Source: Bigelowiella natans CCMP2755 (Eukaryota; Protista; Cercozoa). From it: DNA of 64,000 bases. The position numbers and the translations under genes are program-made. Shown in pieces: positions 1 to 13,989 of this stretch; position 1 is the stretch's first letter; every line of letters begins with the position of its first letter. The DNA is taken from NCBI GenBank assembly GCA_000320545.1, contig ADNK01003512.1, forward strand, positions 2,956-66,955. Reading direction: 5' to 3'. The notes beneath the pieces were generated by a model. The model searched no databases, was not told the DNA's origin, and worked only from the letters and a program-made list of their open reading frames with translations.

Positions 1-400
1 TAACGAAATAATGGCGTGGGTGTTGTTTTTAAGATGGAGGATTTTCGTAGGAGGAGGAGTAATCTGTGACTTATTTATTGTGTTGCACAAACGGTTGAGT
101 TGTCATTAAAAAAATTGTTGTTGTTATTGTTGTTGTTGTTTTAGGCCAAGGGATGGGTATCAGGGCATACGTACTTGGCTATTCGAATGCTTACGGAACG
201 TGATCTAGGCGATAAGTCTTTCTTCGCACCGTGGTTTGGAGGTCAGTCAGCAAGAGTGAGATGTGGTGGTGGTGGTGGTGGTGGTGGTGGCTGTAGCAGT
301 TCATGGTAGTAGTAGTAGTAGTAGTAGTCGTGGTAGAAGTCGTACAACCTCAGTCGCAAAGACGATGATATACTACATTTTTAAAGTAGTAACACACAAT

Positions 401-439
<39 letters not shown>

Positions 440-1225
440 TATAGAAGTTCTAAGTGGCTGAATTGCCCATGGATATATTGATCACACGTATATAAATATG
501 CACACGCACACACGCACACACGCACACACTTATGCAGTACAATTGTCTGCTGTGTCTCTGTGTCTTTTTCTGATGCTGTTGTTGCTGTTGTTGCTGTTAT
601 TTTCGTAGTTTTGCCATCCAACTACCAAAAGCAGGGAATGCCCCAATATTGGACGGATGAGCAGAAAGCAGAGGTATTAGTAAGTAGTAGTGCTCTTAAT
701 AGTTTGTTGTAATAGTATTAGTAGTATCAGAAGGGGGGTGGGCCTTGTGTGTGAGTGCATAGGTCGCTATTCGTCTCATTCTCTACTCCTCCTCCTCCTC
801 CTCCTCCTCCTCCTCCCTTGTCTTCTTCTTGTTGTTGTTGTCCTTGTACTTTTTGAGATTGCTTACACAAAGACGCTAGCTAAAACAAACGCAGTGGTTG
901 CCGCAATAAAAGAGGTAGATAGGTAGGTAGGTAGGTAGGTAGAATGGCGGCGAACACACTTTCTCACTCACTACCATTTCCTATCTGCGTAGTAGTAGTG
1001 TGTGAAGCAAATCGTTAACTATCACCATCGTTTCACTGTTGACGATGTATAGGACAAGTCATATAAAGCCTTCTATCTGCTGTTGTGTCTTTCTGCCTAT
1101 TCCAATTTGTGTGTGTGTGTGTGTGTGTGTGTGTTTTGGGGGGGGGTGTCGACTGATAGATGTGGGAGCGAATATCACAAGTCAAGGCAGTGCAACAGGT
1201 GGTCTACTACAGACAAATAATATAA

Positions 1226-1259
<34 letters not shown>

Positions 1260-1361
1260 AACGATCGTTTTTGCTTGTGTTGTTTTTGATTGGCCAAACA
1301 TCAGCATTATTTGTATTGCTACAATACATACTATACCCACACACACATACACACAGAGAGA

Positions 1362-1399
<38 letters not shown>

Positions 1400-3104
1400 C
1401 AACACAGACTAACATATATTGCAGGCCGGCTGGACACTGGAGGATTTCGCATGGGCGCGCTACACTGTTCTCACACGCACTTTCGGAGTGGAAATTGGCA
1501 AAAGAGAGGCAACGGTTTTATGCTTTAAGAGAGAGAGACCGACAGAGAGGGGGAGAGAGGGTTGATTGATTGATTGACTGATTGGGGAAGTATTTGCCAA
1601 CACCTATCATTGCCGTTATTCCTCAACATCGTCGTCCTCGTCCAATTTCATGTGAAACAACCACCAACACGACGTACATAAACCATCACCTATCTTTAAA
1701 TTTCTCGAGTAGTCTCGATCACCTATCTACGATATTCTCGTAGTAGTCTTCTCGACTTACTGGTTATGATCTCAACAAGATGAGCTATCCATCCATTCAT
1801 CCATTCATCTTATCGTGTTGCTGCTCATGTTGATGTAGTATGCATCATGTGAGTATTCATAATAATCGTGTATATAATATCAGGTGATGGTCCCATTGGC
1901 AGATATGGCTAATCACGAGGTACGTAGTAGTGCGAATATACTAATACTAATAATACTAATACTACTACTAGTAGTAGTAGTAGTAGTGTGAAACAAGATG
2001 GAGGAGGAGGAGGAGGAGGAGGCTATCATTGCGTGAGGAGATGGTATTCTTGTGCGTACATGTACTAGCTGCGAATTTCCGGCACTAGTACACAGTAAAT
2101 GATGTGCGTTGTCTTAAAGACGATGAGTAGGAAGAGACGATGAAGAAGAAGAAGAAGAAGAATGTTTTTATCAAAGCGATGATTCGTTGGTTGGTTGGTT
2201 GATGTTCTGAACAAACCATCGTTCGTCGCTAGTAGCACCGCATGATTATTATATGTTACTCATGATCTTATATGTTACTCCTCGGCGTACGCAGTTTGAT
2301 CGACCAAGTCGGTGGAAATACGATGACAAAAAGAGTGGATTTGTTGTCAAGGTAACAATCAATTAAATAACAGCTAAGAATTGTACTACACCAGAGAGTG
2401 GTGGTGTCAATCATTAAAGTACTAAACAATATAGCAGTAGGAACAAGACGCTAATTAAGAAAACAAATTTAAAATAAAACAATTATCGTCATGGTCATGT
2501 ATTGTATCCCCCCCCCCCATTGGTTATTCACGGTATCAGCCGGCTATCAATAGTTTGACTGTATCACCACAAATACTACTACTACTACTACTTCTACTAC
2601 TTCTACTGCTGCTCTTAATACAACGCATGCTTGTCAGGTGGTCCGTGATTTAGAGACTGGAGTCAACTTAACGGATACCTACGGGAGCAAGGTGCTGCTC
2701 GTAATCATATCATCATTCATCATCCTCTGCAACCAAGAAAAAGGACAACAAATACCAACTCCTCCTCCTCCTCCTCCTCCCCCTCCCAATACATAATCTG
2801 AGCGAAGGAGAAGATATTGTTGTTGTCGGTCTTTAGTCGTCGTCGTCGTCGTCATTCATTCATTTATTCATGCATGACATGTAGAAGAGAGATGTTGTTG
2901 ATGTTGATGATGATGATGATGATGATGATGATACCCAAACATTCTTATTAGGGGAACGATTCGTTTTTGCCGTTCTACGGTTTTTGCTTAGAGCGAAATG
3001 AGTTTAACCAAGGTGTGCGGTTAGATGATAGCGACAAGGAGGAGGACAAAATTAACGACTGAATACCAATCATAACTTGCTGTCCATACATACAATACAT
3101 ACAT

Positions 3105-3138
<34 letters not shown>

Positions 3139-3191
3139 AAACAAAATATGATCATTCTCTCAACTATTATTTACTGCTATAGCTACATAAT

Positions 3192-3223
<32 letters not shown>

Positions 3224-4106
3224 AATGATGGTGATATCTTAATAACGGCGTAACAAACAGGACGATTTGTTCTTCCCGTGTCACATATTAACGGTAGTAC
3301 CTGCAGATCGATTGATTGTCATTGATTACTCGTAGTATTATTCGAACAATATTCTCATGTGCGTTGGGGGAAAGAGGAGAGGGTAGTGGGGAAAAGGAAG
3401 GGAGTACAGGGAGGAGGGGGGGGGATGGAGGTAGCTTACTGAGGAGTATTAGTATTAGTAAGAAGAAGAGAAAACAAACCAACTGTTTCTTTCTTCCACA
3501 GCTCCATTGCTTCTTTGTCGTAGCCGTTTATGCCTACAATAAATACACACACACACACACACACAAACACGCACGTACACACATAATATGTATCCATATA
3601 ATTAAATAAAGGCCTCAAGGTGCCGTTCTTGAAGAAAATCGCGGTGTCACGTTGTGCTTACGAGTCGGAAGATGGAAAGGTAGATCTTCCTCTTGCCTTC
3701 TTTGCGGTTCCTTCTTTACAGCGTATTTCCAAATTTGTTTGATGACTGGAACAAATCCTTCTTCCCCTACTTCTTCTTATTTTGTACTTTCTAATGTCAA
3801 GGTGAAGAACATTGATGCCACAACAGACGCAGAGGCGACAGGATCTAAAAGGGGGGGGAAGGACTTACTGGCGTATTGCCGTGCCCTTGTGCTGCAGAAG
3901 GATGAGCTTAGACGGATGATTAAGCGAAGCTCAAAGATGAAACGCCCAACAGAAAGTCCAGTTTCGTGTGTTAACGAGGCGCGTGCACTTGATCTCATCC
4001 GCACAAGCGCCCTGCGTGCTCTTGAAGCATTTAAGACATCGATAGAAGAGGATGAGGCGATCCTTAATAACGAGAACAAAGCTCCGCGCTTCTCTTGGTG
4101 CAACGC

Positions 4107-4144
<38 letters not shown>

Positions 4145-4419
4145 AATGCTATGGATGCAATGATGTATGCGTGTATGTATAAAAGTATGTAAAGTAATAC
4201 TACTACTACTACTACTACTACTACTACGTGCTATTATGATGTCGATGGTGTCTTAGGTACCGTAATGCGGTGCTGGCTCGTATCGGAGAAAAGAGAACCC
4301 TTAGGTAGTACCAGTAGCAGTTCTTTTCAGTCTGTCCTACCCCTTACATCCTCCTATCTCTGCTACTACACCCTTCCTCCTCAACCTTCTTCCCACCTCC
4401 CTTAAGATTTTGTCGTAGT

Positions 4420-4457
<38 letters not shown>

Positions 4458-4788
4458 ACATGACGACTCACCACCATGGCATGGTATGGCATAACACCTC
4501 CCAGGCATTACATACGGCTAGCAGAAGCTATGAACCCACTATTTGAGTGCAAATCCATCAAGGAGGTGAGAAATAATGTTAAACATCCATCTCTCTTTAT
4601 TTCAACAATTGAACACTAATGGTTAAGTGCGTGTATGCGTTTGTATTTGTGTGTATGTGCGTGGGTAGATGAGCTCGCGCAAAGAGTTCTTGGATATTCG
4701 TTCGGCGAATCGGAGTACTGAATGGGGCTACTACGCCAATAAATACCTCGACAAAATCGTTATTCCTTTGGTGAAATCTGGAAAATAG
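1..4788 (+). CDS. SET-domain protein-lysine methyltransferase (Rubisco LSMT/SETD3-like), multi-exon, 5' end outside window
   Basis: Spliced exons read AKGWVSGHTYLAIRMLTERDLGDKSFFAPWFG (from 145), LPSNYQKQGMPQYWTDEQKAE, AGWTLEDFAWARYTVLTRTFG, VMVPLADMANHE (~1884-1919), VVRDLETGVNLTDTYGSK, GNDSFLPFYGF, FKTSIEEDEAIL, YRNAVLARIGEKRTL; stop TAG 4786-4788. PxxDMxNH, YG and YGF motifs plus the substrate-binding tail are typical of LSMT/SETD3-type proteins. Confidence 0.85.
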
Positions 4789-6185
4789 AAACCGACTTTA
4801 GCCCATCATAAAGAGTCTGACACCAACGAGTAGGATTGTGGTGACATCGTCGTCCGTAGTCAAGTCAGAATAAATGGCAATGTCGAGTATATATGATAAA
4901 TATTAATTCTATTTTGACCACGATGTATTATCGATATGGTTGAAGAGTTTCTATATTATATTATATACATGCGTGGTCGAAACAATCGGGGAAATCTCAG
5001 CATATACATGAAGCAATTCTTGTTCACTCTGTTTTGCCAGTCTCCTATTGTTGGCGGTTCTTCGTTCTCTTTATTGTTCCTAGTGTAAGTCACATGTTAA
5101 GTTCTAACGTTTTTCCAATGCTTCAGTAACATTTTGATTGCATCGTTATTGTTTAAATAAGTTTTCTTCAATAGATATAGGTTGCAAAACCATTATTTGG
5201 ATTTATAAGATATCGTATGCATGCAACCATGCTCTGACCATGCATACTTTAGACTTGGGCATCATTGTTGCTACATCTAGCTAGATGGGTGAGAATCTAT
5301 GCCGACTATGCAAGATCAATAGCAGCCGTCCTAGCGTCCGCAGGCCGTGTAGCGTCGTTCTTGTACATCTAGATGTGATGCTCTCGCCCATGTGCAGCGT
5401 CATGCAACCACGATACGAATTATAGACATGTAATACCATATATATACTATATATATGATATACCATATATATACTAAATATATGATATTACTGTGTCTAT
5501 TATACGATTGATGCGATATGATCGCACTCTAGCACTGCTTATTAGTCACTTTGATTAGTGCATCATGCATGACTAGATGATGGTGCATGCATGTACTGCA
5601 TCGGTCATTGCGGCGGCGCGTATACTAGCTATGCTGCCGACCGCTGAGTCTGTTCTTCACTCCTTTCTCATTGTTGCTTGCTGGCATGCTAGCATGGGCG
5701 CTATCGATCTAGCTATGAACGGTCGTATGCCTAGCTAGCTAGGTGCGTACAAGCATGTCAAGATGTGTCAGCTCCACCAGCACTATAGCAGCTAGCTAGC
5801 TAGTAGTATAGCTAGATTGGCTCATCGTATGTGTGAACACGTAGTAGGGTTCGCGTGCACAGATCGGCATGCGGCCATGCTAGCATGTCTAGATGTGTGT
5901 ACGCTATGGTATTACATATTTTCTATCACGCTGGTATACATCGTATACTTTACTGACACTGGAGTTTTCATGCATGCATCTCGCACCCTCGCTGGTCATT
6001 AATTAACATCGATGATTTCTAATTCCAGATGCAGTTCCAAAGTAAAAAAAAGAAAGCCATAAATGATGATGCAAGCACACAATGATTGCACGGGCCAAGC
6101 CACGCAGACCGCTAGCTGTACGTAACCAAGGTTGTATTCTCATCATCATTTCAATGTTAATGTCGGAAGTGTGCATCATCAATTA

Positions 6186-7526
6186 TTAACAACACTTAAA
6201 TCCAGTTGTTAGATTTCTGACTATCCTGTCTTTGAGTCTCAAACCGGCAGACTTTCTCATACTAGCAGCATATTCGGCTGAGATACCATCCCCAAAAGGG
6301 CCAAAACCAGCTAGAGTGGTTCCGATTTCGTCACGGTCAGCGGACACAGTAGTTTGCATCCAGAAGAGTGACATCACTGAAGCAAGAACGATGACAGCAC
6401 CGGCAGTGTGGAGGAGGTCTCGTTCCCAACCTTCATACTCGGCATCACGAAAGAATAAAGCGAGGAAATGGCCCCAGAGAACCACCACAACGCTGCTACC
6501 GAGCATCGTTGGGGAAGTGAAAACGATCTTGGAGAACGCGCTTAGAAAGAATGAAGGGGAACAAGCACATGGATTGTCTCTGAAAAACTCATACAGGGAT
6601 GATATGGTCGGGGCAATAGCTCTTATTTGCTGCAATATTGAGAGGGCTACAAGGCCTAAAGTAGTTCCATAGGCGATTCGTTCGATTGGATCGACTATTT
6701 GCTGACCCCTTAATAGCCCTACTATCATCACTAAACCATCCTCGGAGATATTTCTGGAAATCGAAAGCATTGCCGATGTGAACAAGTGAAACCCGTCGTT
6801 GATATCAGGATTTCCCCTACCACGCAGTTCGTGTTCATATAACAACCCGAACTGCTGATCTGTGACATATGCTGTTCCCCGAGAAATTGTGATAGCTTCA
6901 TAAAGTAGATTCCAAGCTCCAAGGAACAAGGCAACTGACAACCATCCCACCACTTCTCTCCCCTTGTCCATAAATTCGATCAGTAAGAACACGTCGGTTA
7001 CTGTGTCCCAAATGTCTATAATGAATATCACGACTACTTTAGTCATACTAGCTCTCACCGAAAAGTATCGCCATAACTCAAAAGGTATGCGTATGATGTA
7101 GACATAGATGAGTGTGCAAGAAGTAGCGAAGCAGCTTCCCTTCCGGTCTTCATTCGTCATTTCACGGCTTTGATTCACCGCGTCCAACACGAGTTGAGCA
7201 GCTATAATGACACTTGGGAAGCAACAGCATTTTCGACAGGTAGAGCTTTCTATAGACTCCCCATTTGCTATACAGACTGTGTTAAGTCGTCCAGCAGCGA
7301 GGGGAAAGTCACTCTTTGCCTCTCCCCCCTCAGGACTTCTCGCGCTAGTAACACCTGACACGGCAAGTTTTTCCAACTGCTCCCCATTCGTGCCCAACAC
7401 GCTCAACGTTACAATATCATCGTTAATGATAGCAATACTGTCGGTTGTAGAGGCGTGCTCTGAACTACTAGGTAGCCTTTTGGCCTCGTTGATTTCGTGT
7501 GTGCCCATAAGATGAGATGTGGGCAT
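6186..7526 (-). CDS. Intronless multi-pass membrane protein, weak XK-related (Xkr)-like motifs
   Basis: 446-aa ORF with several hydrophobic segments. IIDIWDTVTDVFLL and RNISEDGLVMIV resemble the DxxTD and E-x-x-x motifs of XK-family helices; the family call is tentative. Confidence 0.6.
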   Translation of the reverse strand: MPTSHLMGTHEINEAKRLPSSSEHASTTDSIAIINDDIVTLSVLGTNGEQLEKLAVSGVTSARSPEGGEAKSDFPLAAGRLNTVCIANGESIESSTCRKCCCFPSVIIAAQLVLDAVNQSREMTNEDRKGSCFATSCTLIYVYIIRIPFELWRYFSVRASMTKVVVIFIIDIWDTVTDVFLLIEFMDKGREVVGWLSVALFLGAWNLLYEAITISRGTAYVTDQQFGLLYEHELRGRGNPDINDGFHLFTSAMLSISRNISEDGLVMIVGLLRGQQIVDPIERIAYGTTLGLVALSILQQIRAIAPTISSLYEFFRDNPCACSPSFFLSAFSKIVFTSPTMLGSSVVVVLWGHFLALFFRDAEYEGWERDLLHTAGAVIVLASVMSLFWMQTTVSADRDEIGTTLAGFGPFGDGISAEYAASMRKSAGLRLKDRIVRNLTTGFKCC

Positions 7527-7689
7527 CTGAGGACAACCACGAACAATTCAGCTGAATTCGATGGTTGCGACATGGGATTTCAGAGCATGAATTAAGAAAT
7601 TCAAGAATCATCTGAGAATTTGCAACACTACTGAAACACTGATTCCAGGGACGAAACAGATGGATGCGACATCAGGACAACTGCATTAG

Positions 7690-8640
7690 GATCCACCGGG
7701 GACATCGAATGACCCTCCCAGGTTGCACCCTGCATGGTGCGTGCATGCTTCATTCATTCATTCACTCGTTCCCTCTCCCTGGGGATGAGACAAATCGGGA
7801 GAAATCCCCGCAACGATGCAGCGTGGCGAGTCCAGAAAGGAAGAACAATGCACGAAAGGTCGACTGTGTCCAGCCAGCCGGACCAGCAGGCGTCCAAACA
7901 TGCACGTCACATGCCCAAGTGCACGATGCTGCACGGACATTCAGGGTGAGAGTTGTTCATTGTGCGTGCCGCTTGCTAGCTTGGTCTCAAGTGGTGGAGC
8001 CGCTCTTTGATCGATCATGGCACGCGCCCACATGCGTTCGATTCGCAGGCACGTGCAGCGTCGTGCGCAGTCCCAGAGTCATTGAGCACTCTAGCGTTGC
8101 TCATCTCACTGCTGTTCAGTCCGACATAGCCGTGCTCTGGTTGAGATTGCATTGCTCACAGATTGCATGCAGGACATGCTTGGCGAGCACGTCTAGACGT
8201 GGTGTCAAGCAATGATGATGATGGACACAGTGACAATGATGCAACTGTGGAATGCATGCAGCGGATGCAAATGCTTTCAAATGCATGAAGCACATGACAG
8301 TAGACACAAATGCATGGACACGAAATTAGCCGCTGCTTTGCACAGCTACATCAGGATGACCATTGAAAAGATTTGATATGATGGACATGCAATGTGTTAC
8401 ATGTACATTGATCACTTCATCACATCTGTCTCGCAATGGGCTTTGGTTTGCAAAGCCAACGGCATCGCCTGGTGCCACTAGCTAGAATGCAAGTTGAGAA
8501 GATTCTTCGTGCGGCTCAGTCGATCACATGCAAGTGCTCGCCAATTGAAGCGACTAGCTACCTATTTCACCTTCCATGCAAGGGGGCTGCGAACAATGAT
8601 AATGATGTGCAATGTGACGATAGATTGGTAACAAGCACAT
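7690..8640. repeat. Degenerate TpA-depleted intergenic repeat block; contains a copy of the 21595/22296 terminal-repeat motif
   Basis: Very few TA outside CTAG/NTAG in 7690-8340. CCATTGAAAAGATTTGAT (~8360) and GATCACTTCATCACATCTGTCTC (~8410) match 21595-21632. Confidence 0.7.
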
Positions 8641-8739
8641 GAACCAGACAGTGGCATGGAGCATACGAAACTTGAAGTCAGAAAATAGACGTTCTGTGTA
8701 TTGTTGCGAAAATTAATGTCTGAAATGAGGTGACAACAT

Positions 8740-10082
8740 CATCATTATTCTTCAGCATCCTTGGATATATTCCAGTCTATCCTCATTTAAACTTTTATCC
8801 TATGGGATAATGGCTCTTGTTGGCTCCGCGCTACCAGTGTTACCCATTGCCCAAGAAAGTCTGAGAAAGAAGCAACACAATGATTGAGAACTACAAATTA
8901 AAAAACAGCTATTTCGTGTGTTTATGTAGTGAATGGACTTGATGTATTACGTTCGCGAGGGCCTGTCGTGGTGCTCCTGCACCCTCTTGAGATACATCTC
9001 GTGATAATTCTAAAGGAGAGAACAAATGAGCAAGAAACATGAAATGCACAACGAAACGAAAGAAGTCGACATACAGGGCACATCAAATTAATTCTCATAT
9101 TGTTTAAAATAGAATGGATAATGCCATTAGTGTTAGAACAGATGCACATTTCGATGAACGTGGGGTCTATGGATCACGTAGCAGAAACTAGGTGAGAGTA
9201 GAATTTGAAAAAAGTGGGAACTAACATCTTGACTCTGCTGTAGATATCGTAGAAACTCGTTTGGAATCGGCTGCGGCGGTGCTGCAGGCAAGACCGGCAA
9301 AACGGGCTTTGGAATAGCAAACTGTTCGCAAAGGCAACAGCAACCGACGTCATTACATTGATTTTTTAGTTTACAAGAACTTGAGTATATTTTCCGTCAA
9401 ATACTACTACAATTGCCATAATTATTATTATTACTATTATTATTATTATTAGTAGTAGTAGTAGTAGTATTAGTGATCATCCTCCTACTTCTAGTTGTTG
9501 TTTACCCCCGCCATGGACTGGGGCACTAACTCCACAGGCTTAGGATTTCCAGGACCATATGCTCTGATGATGAGCATGTATCATCCAATCATTAGGAGAT
9601 AGATACTGTTGTCAATTTCAGCATAGCTCATTGATGAGGCATGTAGCATCAGCAGCGACGGCACCATATCATTACCCGCTTAGCACTTTCATTGCCCCAT
9701 TCATTATGTAGGGCTTGACTGCTGGATCTGCCGTGGTGTAACAAACCAGATTACAAGGAAGGAAAATAAGTATTGGGATAAGGAGGATGAAAGAAATGAT
9801 GAACAAGGAACTCAACATGCTATTGGGACACTAACATTGCAAAACTGCAAATTTCTTCTACCTGTACCGGTGTAAGCAGTTCGGTAAAGCTGGTGGCAGT
9901 GTACAATTATGTCAAGATATTTATAATAGATTAACATTTATTTAAGGATATCAAAACTCGATAATTTTGTACGGAAAAATTCACGAGGAAGAACGCATAT
10001 TGCACACAGTAGCAGCTGCACATAACCATTTCACGAAAATAATCGGTTCTGTACTACCAAATGTGAAGTTCCGCCCAGCCCT

Positions 10083-10118
<36 letters not shown>

Positions 10119-10985
10119 TACAAAACGATTTAACACAAGCTGTATGATAACTGTATTTTATAAGCACGATTCTATATTGTATATCTCTCTCTCTCTCTCT
10201 GTTTGTTGAAAATCTCTCGTCTATGTTCATTCTTCATTGAGGAAATAGTGGTACTCTGTGGAGTCGTAGATAGAATCATCTGGTAGGGGCCAAATATTTG
10301 TGTGGGAAACTGTAGAGAAGTACGTATTCTGCTCGATAGATAAAATACAATATAAACACAATGCTTAGGCTTCGCTACTGATATATGGATTTTCATCAAC
10401 AAGTATGCTAAATAGAGAAACACTACACACCACTTATATCCAAAGTAGAACTACTGCAGGTGCTATGAAGACATGTGTATAGCGATGATCGCAATTTTGA
10501 GAATTGAGATGCACAACATATTTATGAAAAGAAAGCTAGTACTAATACTGACTGACGAACATTGGTTCTGCGGCAGAGTCCGCTTTCCTAAATCGAAATG
10601 GCATTTTTGTAGGGTGGTCGGTGTCGTCGAGTCTACCATCCTGAGAATCATGGTATACGTGAGATTCTTCTGGATAAGTTCTGCTTTCCAGTTATGCTAC
10701 CTTGCCGGGAGTAGTCTTGCCTTCAAACTCCAAGAGCGTGGATGTTTGCTTACCGTGTTTATCTTCCTTTTCATTGTTCCCGTTTGTATAGTACCTTGGA
10801 ATCAAGAAACCGGAACGAAACGACTCTTGCGCCATCATGCCATCCCGCCCTTCATCAATGTACTGCGGTACGACTGATGCTGCTATTCTGCTGCAGCATA
10901 GAAGAAAAAAGACACTTTGCATCGAAAGAGAAGATAGCAACTTTTCTCGTGTGCATTCCCCCCTTTTATGGTTACTACACCGCAC
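8740..10985 (-). CDS. Probable multi-exon protein-coding gene of unknown function
   Basis: Short complex-sequence segments with minus-strand GT/AG boundaries, separated by microsatellite introns (e.g. IPKPVLPVLPAAPPQPIPNEF ~9250-9320, MYLKRVQEHHDRPSR ~8950-8997, ORF 10692-10985). No recognisable domain; structure uncertain. Confidence 0.35.
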
Positions 10986-12078
10986 GGCAAGTAATGTGCC
11001 CCCCCCCCACCCTCTCCCGAACGAGGGAGAAAGTTCAAATATTTCGAATTTTTCAACGAAATATTAATTAATGTTGGGAAATAGTGTTGTTTTACTTATC
11101 CTCAATTTCCCCGTGTCGCATCTAGATAAATGAACTACCTTTACTTGGAAAAGTGAGCAAATTACAAGCGTTGTCGTTAAATTAAAATCTAGGTTAAATA
11201 GCTCAAAACCGGTCGCAAGTGCCGTCCATGAGTGGGGTATCCAACAAACACCAAAGAGCAAGAAATGGATTTCGTTTTATTTGAAAAATGATGTGCATCA
11301 GTCCCGTTTGTGCCCCAAGTGGCCTGCTGTACGGCAAATAACGACGTCAGTCTGGAGAATATTTAAGGTTTATTTACTCTCCCTCGAGAGGACCTTTTTA
11401 ACTTATGCCGTACACCTTATATTTGAGACATACAGAAAATCGTGTATACTACCTTTTTCTGCCTCTAGTCCATGTCTATCGTGTTAAAATATGCCTGATT
11501 TCTGAGCAACAGTTTCACACCCGAGAAGCAAATGGTCAAGAAATTGCCGAAAGTTTTCGTCGTATTCTCAGCTCATGGAAAAGAAATCTGAGCAAAACGT
11601 AAAGCGTTATCTATTCGTAAGTCCACGCATCCTGAAATATGGGAGTAGTGTCTATGCGCAGGGGGTTTTTGCTCGAATTGGCTGCTCGTAACGTATAATC
11701 TGCTCAAACCCCCTGCTCGTACACGTACACGTGCACATTTAACAAAACACGTCGACTCCTTGCATCGTACGAAAGGAACAAGAAGGTTCGCCCTCTCTCT
11801 CTCTGTTAGTTTATTGCAGAAATGCGTGAATGTGGTACGCGGTGTATTAGTATAGGGCTTGACAGCGATATAGTTGCATAAATGATGCTAAGCTAACATT
11901 GGCATGAATGGTATAGAAAGTACGTGGTCACCATAGTAGTACTGAATGATCCCATCTCCTCCTGTAAATCTCTCAATACAGCTGTTCTGATAACAATAAT
12001 GTGCCTATCTCTCGTTGGTAATGTACATGTGCGTCTCTTATACTTATTGGATACCTTATTATTTCTCAAATACAGACG

Positions 12079-12614
12079 ATGCGTTCGAGCGGATATGTTG
12101 GTACGCTTGCGATGCTCGCTTTATCAGCGACATCTGCGCTACTTTTCTTCCATACAAGCAACAACTTGGGAATGATGGCAACGAATACACGTGTTGCGAG
12201 GGTAATTATCAAACTTGATCAGATTGTTGCATCATCTACATCATCGTATCACTTTGTCTTTCGCTATCCATTTTCATCTTATTCTCGCAAACTATGGGAG
12301 ATCCTCGATACAATGATGGCCTCTGCAATTAAAACATTATCTACCAAGTGATACAGAATTAATAACAAACATTCTAATTTCAAGACGGCGATGCCTGCAC
12401 GGATGATGATGATGAACAAGCGGCTCGCTGCACGCAACATGCGCGCATGCGCCACAGAGGAATTCGATTTGACCCAATTTGGAGACCTTCCCTACAATGC
12501 ACTAGAAGTTGGACTGAACCAGGCCATCGAAGATGCTGCACGCCGTCGCGATACCGCTGCCGCAAGAATACTTGAAAAGTAATTTATGACAATCTTTTCT
12601 TCTTGTTTTGTGCT

Positions 12615-12660
<46 letters not shown>

Positions 12661-12705
12661 TCTCGTCTCTCTTTTTATGTGATTATAGCGGCAACGTGCG
12701 ACTGT

Positions 12706-12779
<74 letters not shown>

Positions 12780-13951
12780 AGAGTGCGACGCGCAAAGCAC
12801 GAGCATGAGATGTCTGGACGTGACGTACCTTGGTACAGAGGAGGTAGCAAGGACCGTGATCGCTACGACGGTGTCATGAACATGTCGCCTCTAGAAGAAC
12901 AACGAATGGAGATCGAACGCACACGCCGCAGCCAAGACCAGGTGATAGTATTAGGAACGATAAGAACCATTAGTCCAAATTTCTCTGAAAAACTTGAAGT
13001 GCACGCGTGCATGCGTACGAGACAGCGAAAGGGAAATAAAATATTTCATATCATCACCTCATTCTTCCACCGATCGATGTTCTTATTCTCTTCCTTTTCT
13101 AGCAAACGGCCGAGAAGCTTTGGCAGAGGGAAGATGCTCTCATCTCCGACGTTAAGGCAAAGGGCATGAAGTGGGATGACAAAGGACCACTTGGCCTCCC
13201 CATGGACGTTGTACGCGTTTGTGACGACGCAGCTAAGGCTCTTTACAAGTCGCTTTCTGAGCCTCATGAGGGCGGGAAGTTGATCTCCATGCGCATTAAT
13301 GTTGATCCAATGCCATGGTGGGATTTCCCCTCCGACTTGACTCTCCCTATTGGCATCATCAACTTTCTCAAGAATGGGTGGTATATGAGCTAGTTGTTTG
13401 CTGCTGCTCCCTCGGTCCGTGCGTGTGTGTGATGGATAATCTGTTCCTCCTAGTCTTTTCGTGAAACCATGACAAACGGCCACTGGCATAAAGCATTAGT
13501 GTTGTCCCAATCAACCATGGTTATACTTGACATCGTTTATAATCATCATCAGTGCTGGCTATGAAAAGGTGGCGGTCATTCCCCCACGAGGTGCGAACAT
13601 GGCCGACCTTCCCCTCGATCAACTTGCTATTGGTGATGTAGAGAACGCAGACGTAGTCTTCATTCTACACCCTGATTTATCTTCACCTGAGCGTATCGAG
13701 GAGGTCCATCAGATGTCTAAGCTCACCAAGTCGGGTGATGTTGTCGTTCTTGATGGAAAATTTGGAGAACCTGGTAATATTCATGGTGATAGAAGTATGT
13801 AGGGTGTAGTAGCAGATGCTTGTATTCAACACGCATATACCACTCGTGCTTGCTGCAAGCTTTGTCTATCATCTACTAAGAAACTATATATCGCTGCAGT
13901 ATCTTTACTATTAGCTGTATTTGTAATCATCGATACACACACAACCCAGAC

Positions 13952-13989
<38 letters not shown>

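Noticed and set aside
263-3618. ORFs with VCVCV, THTH, ERER or poly-V/L/S runs here and throughout the window
   Set aside because: Translations of intronic microsatellites.
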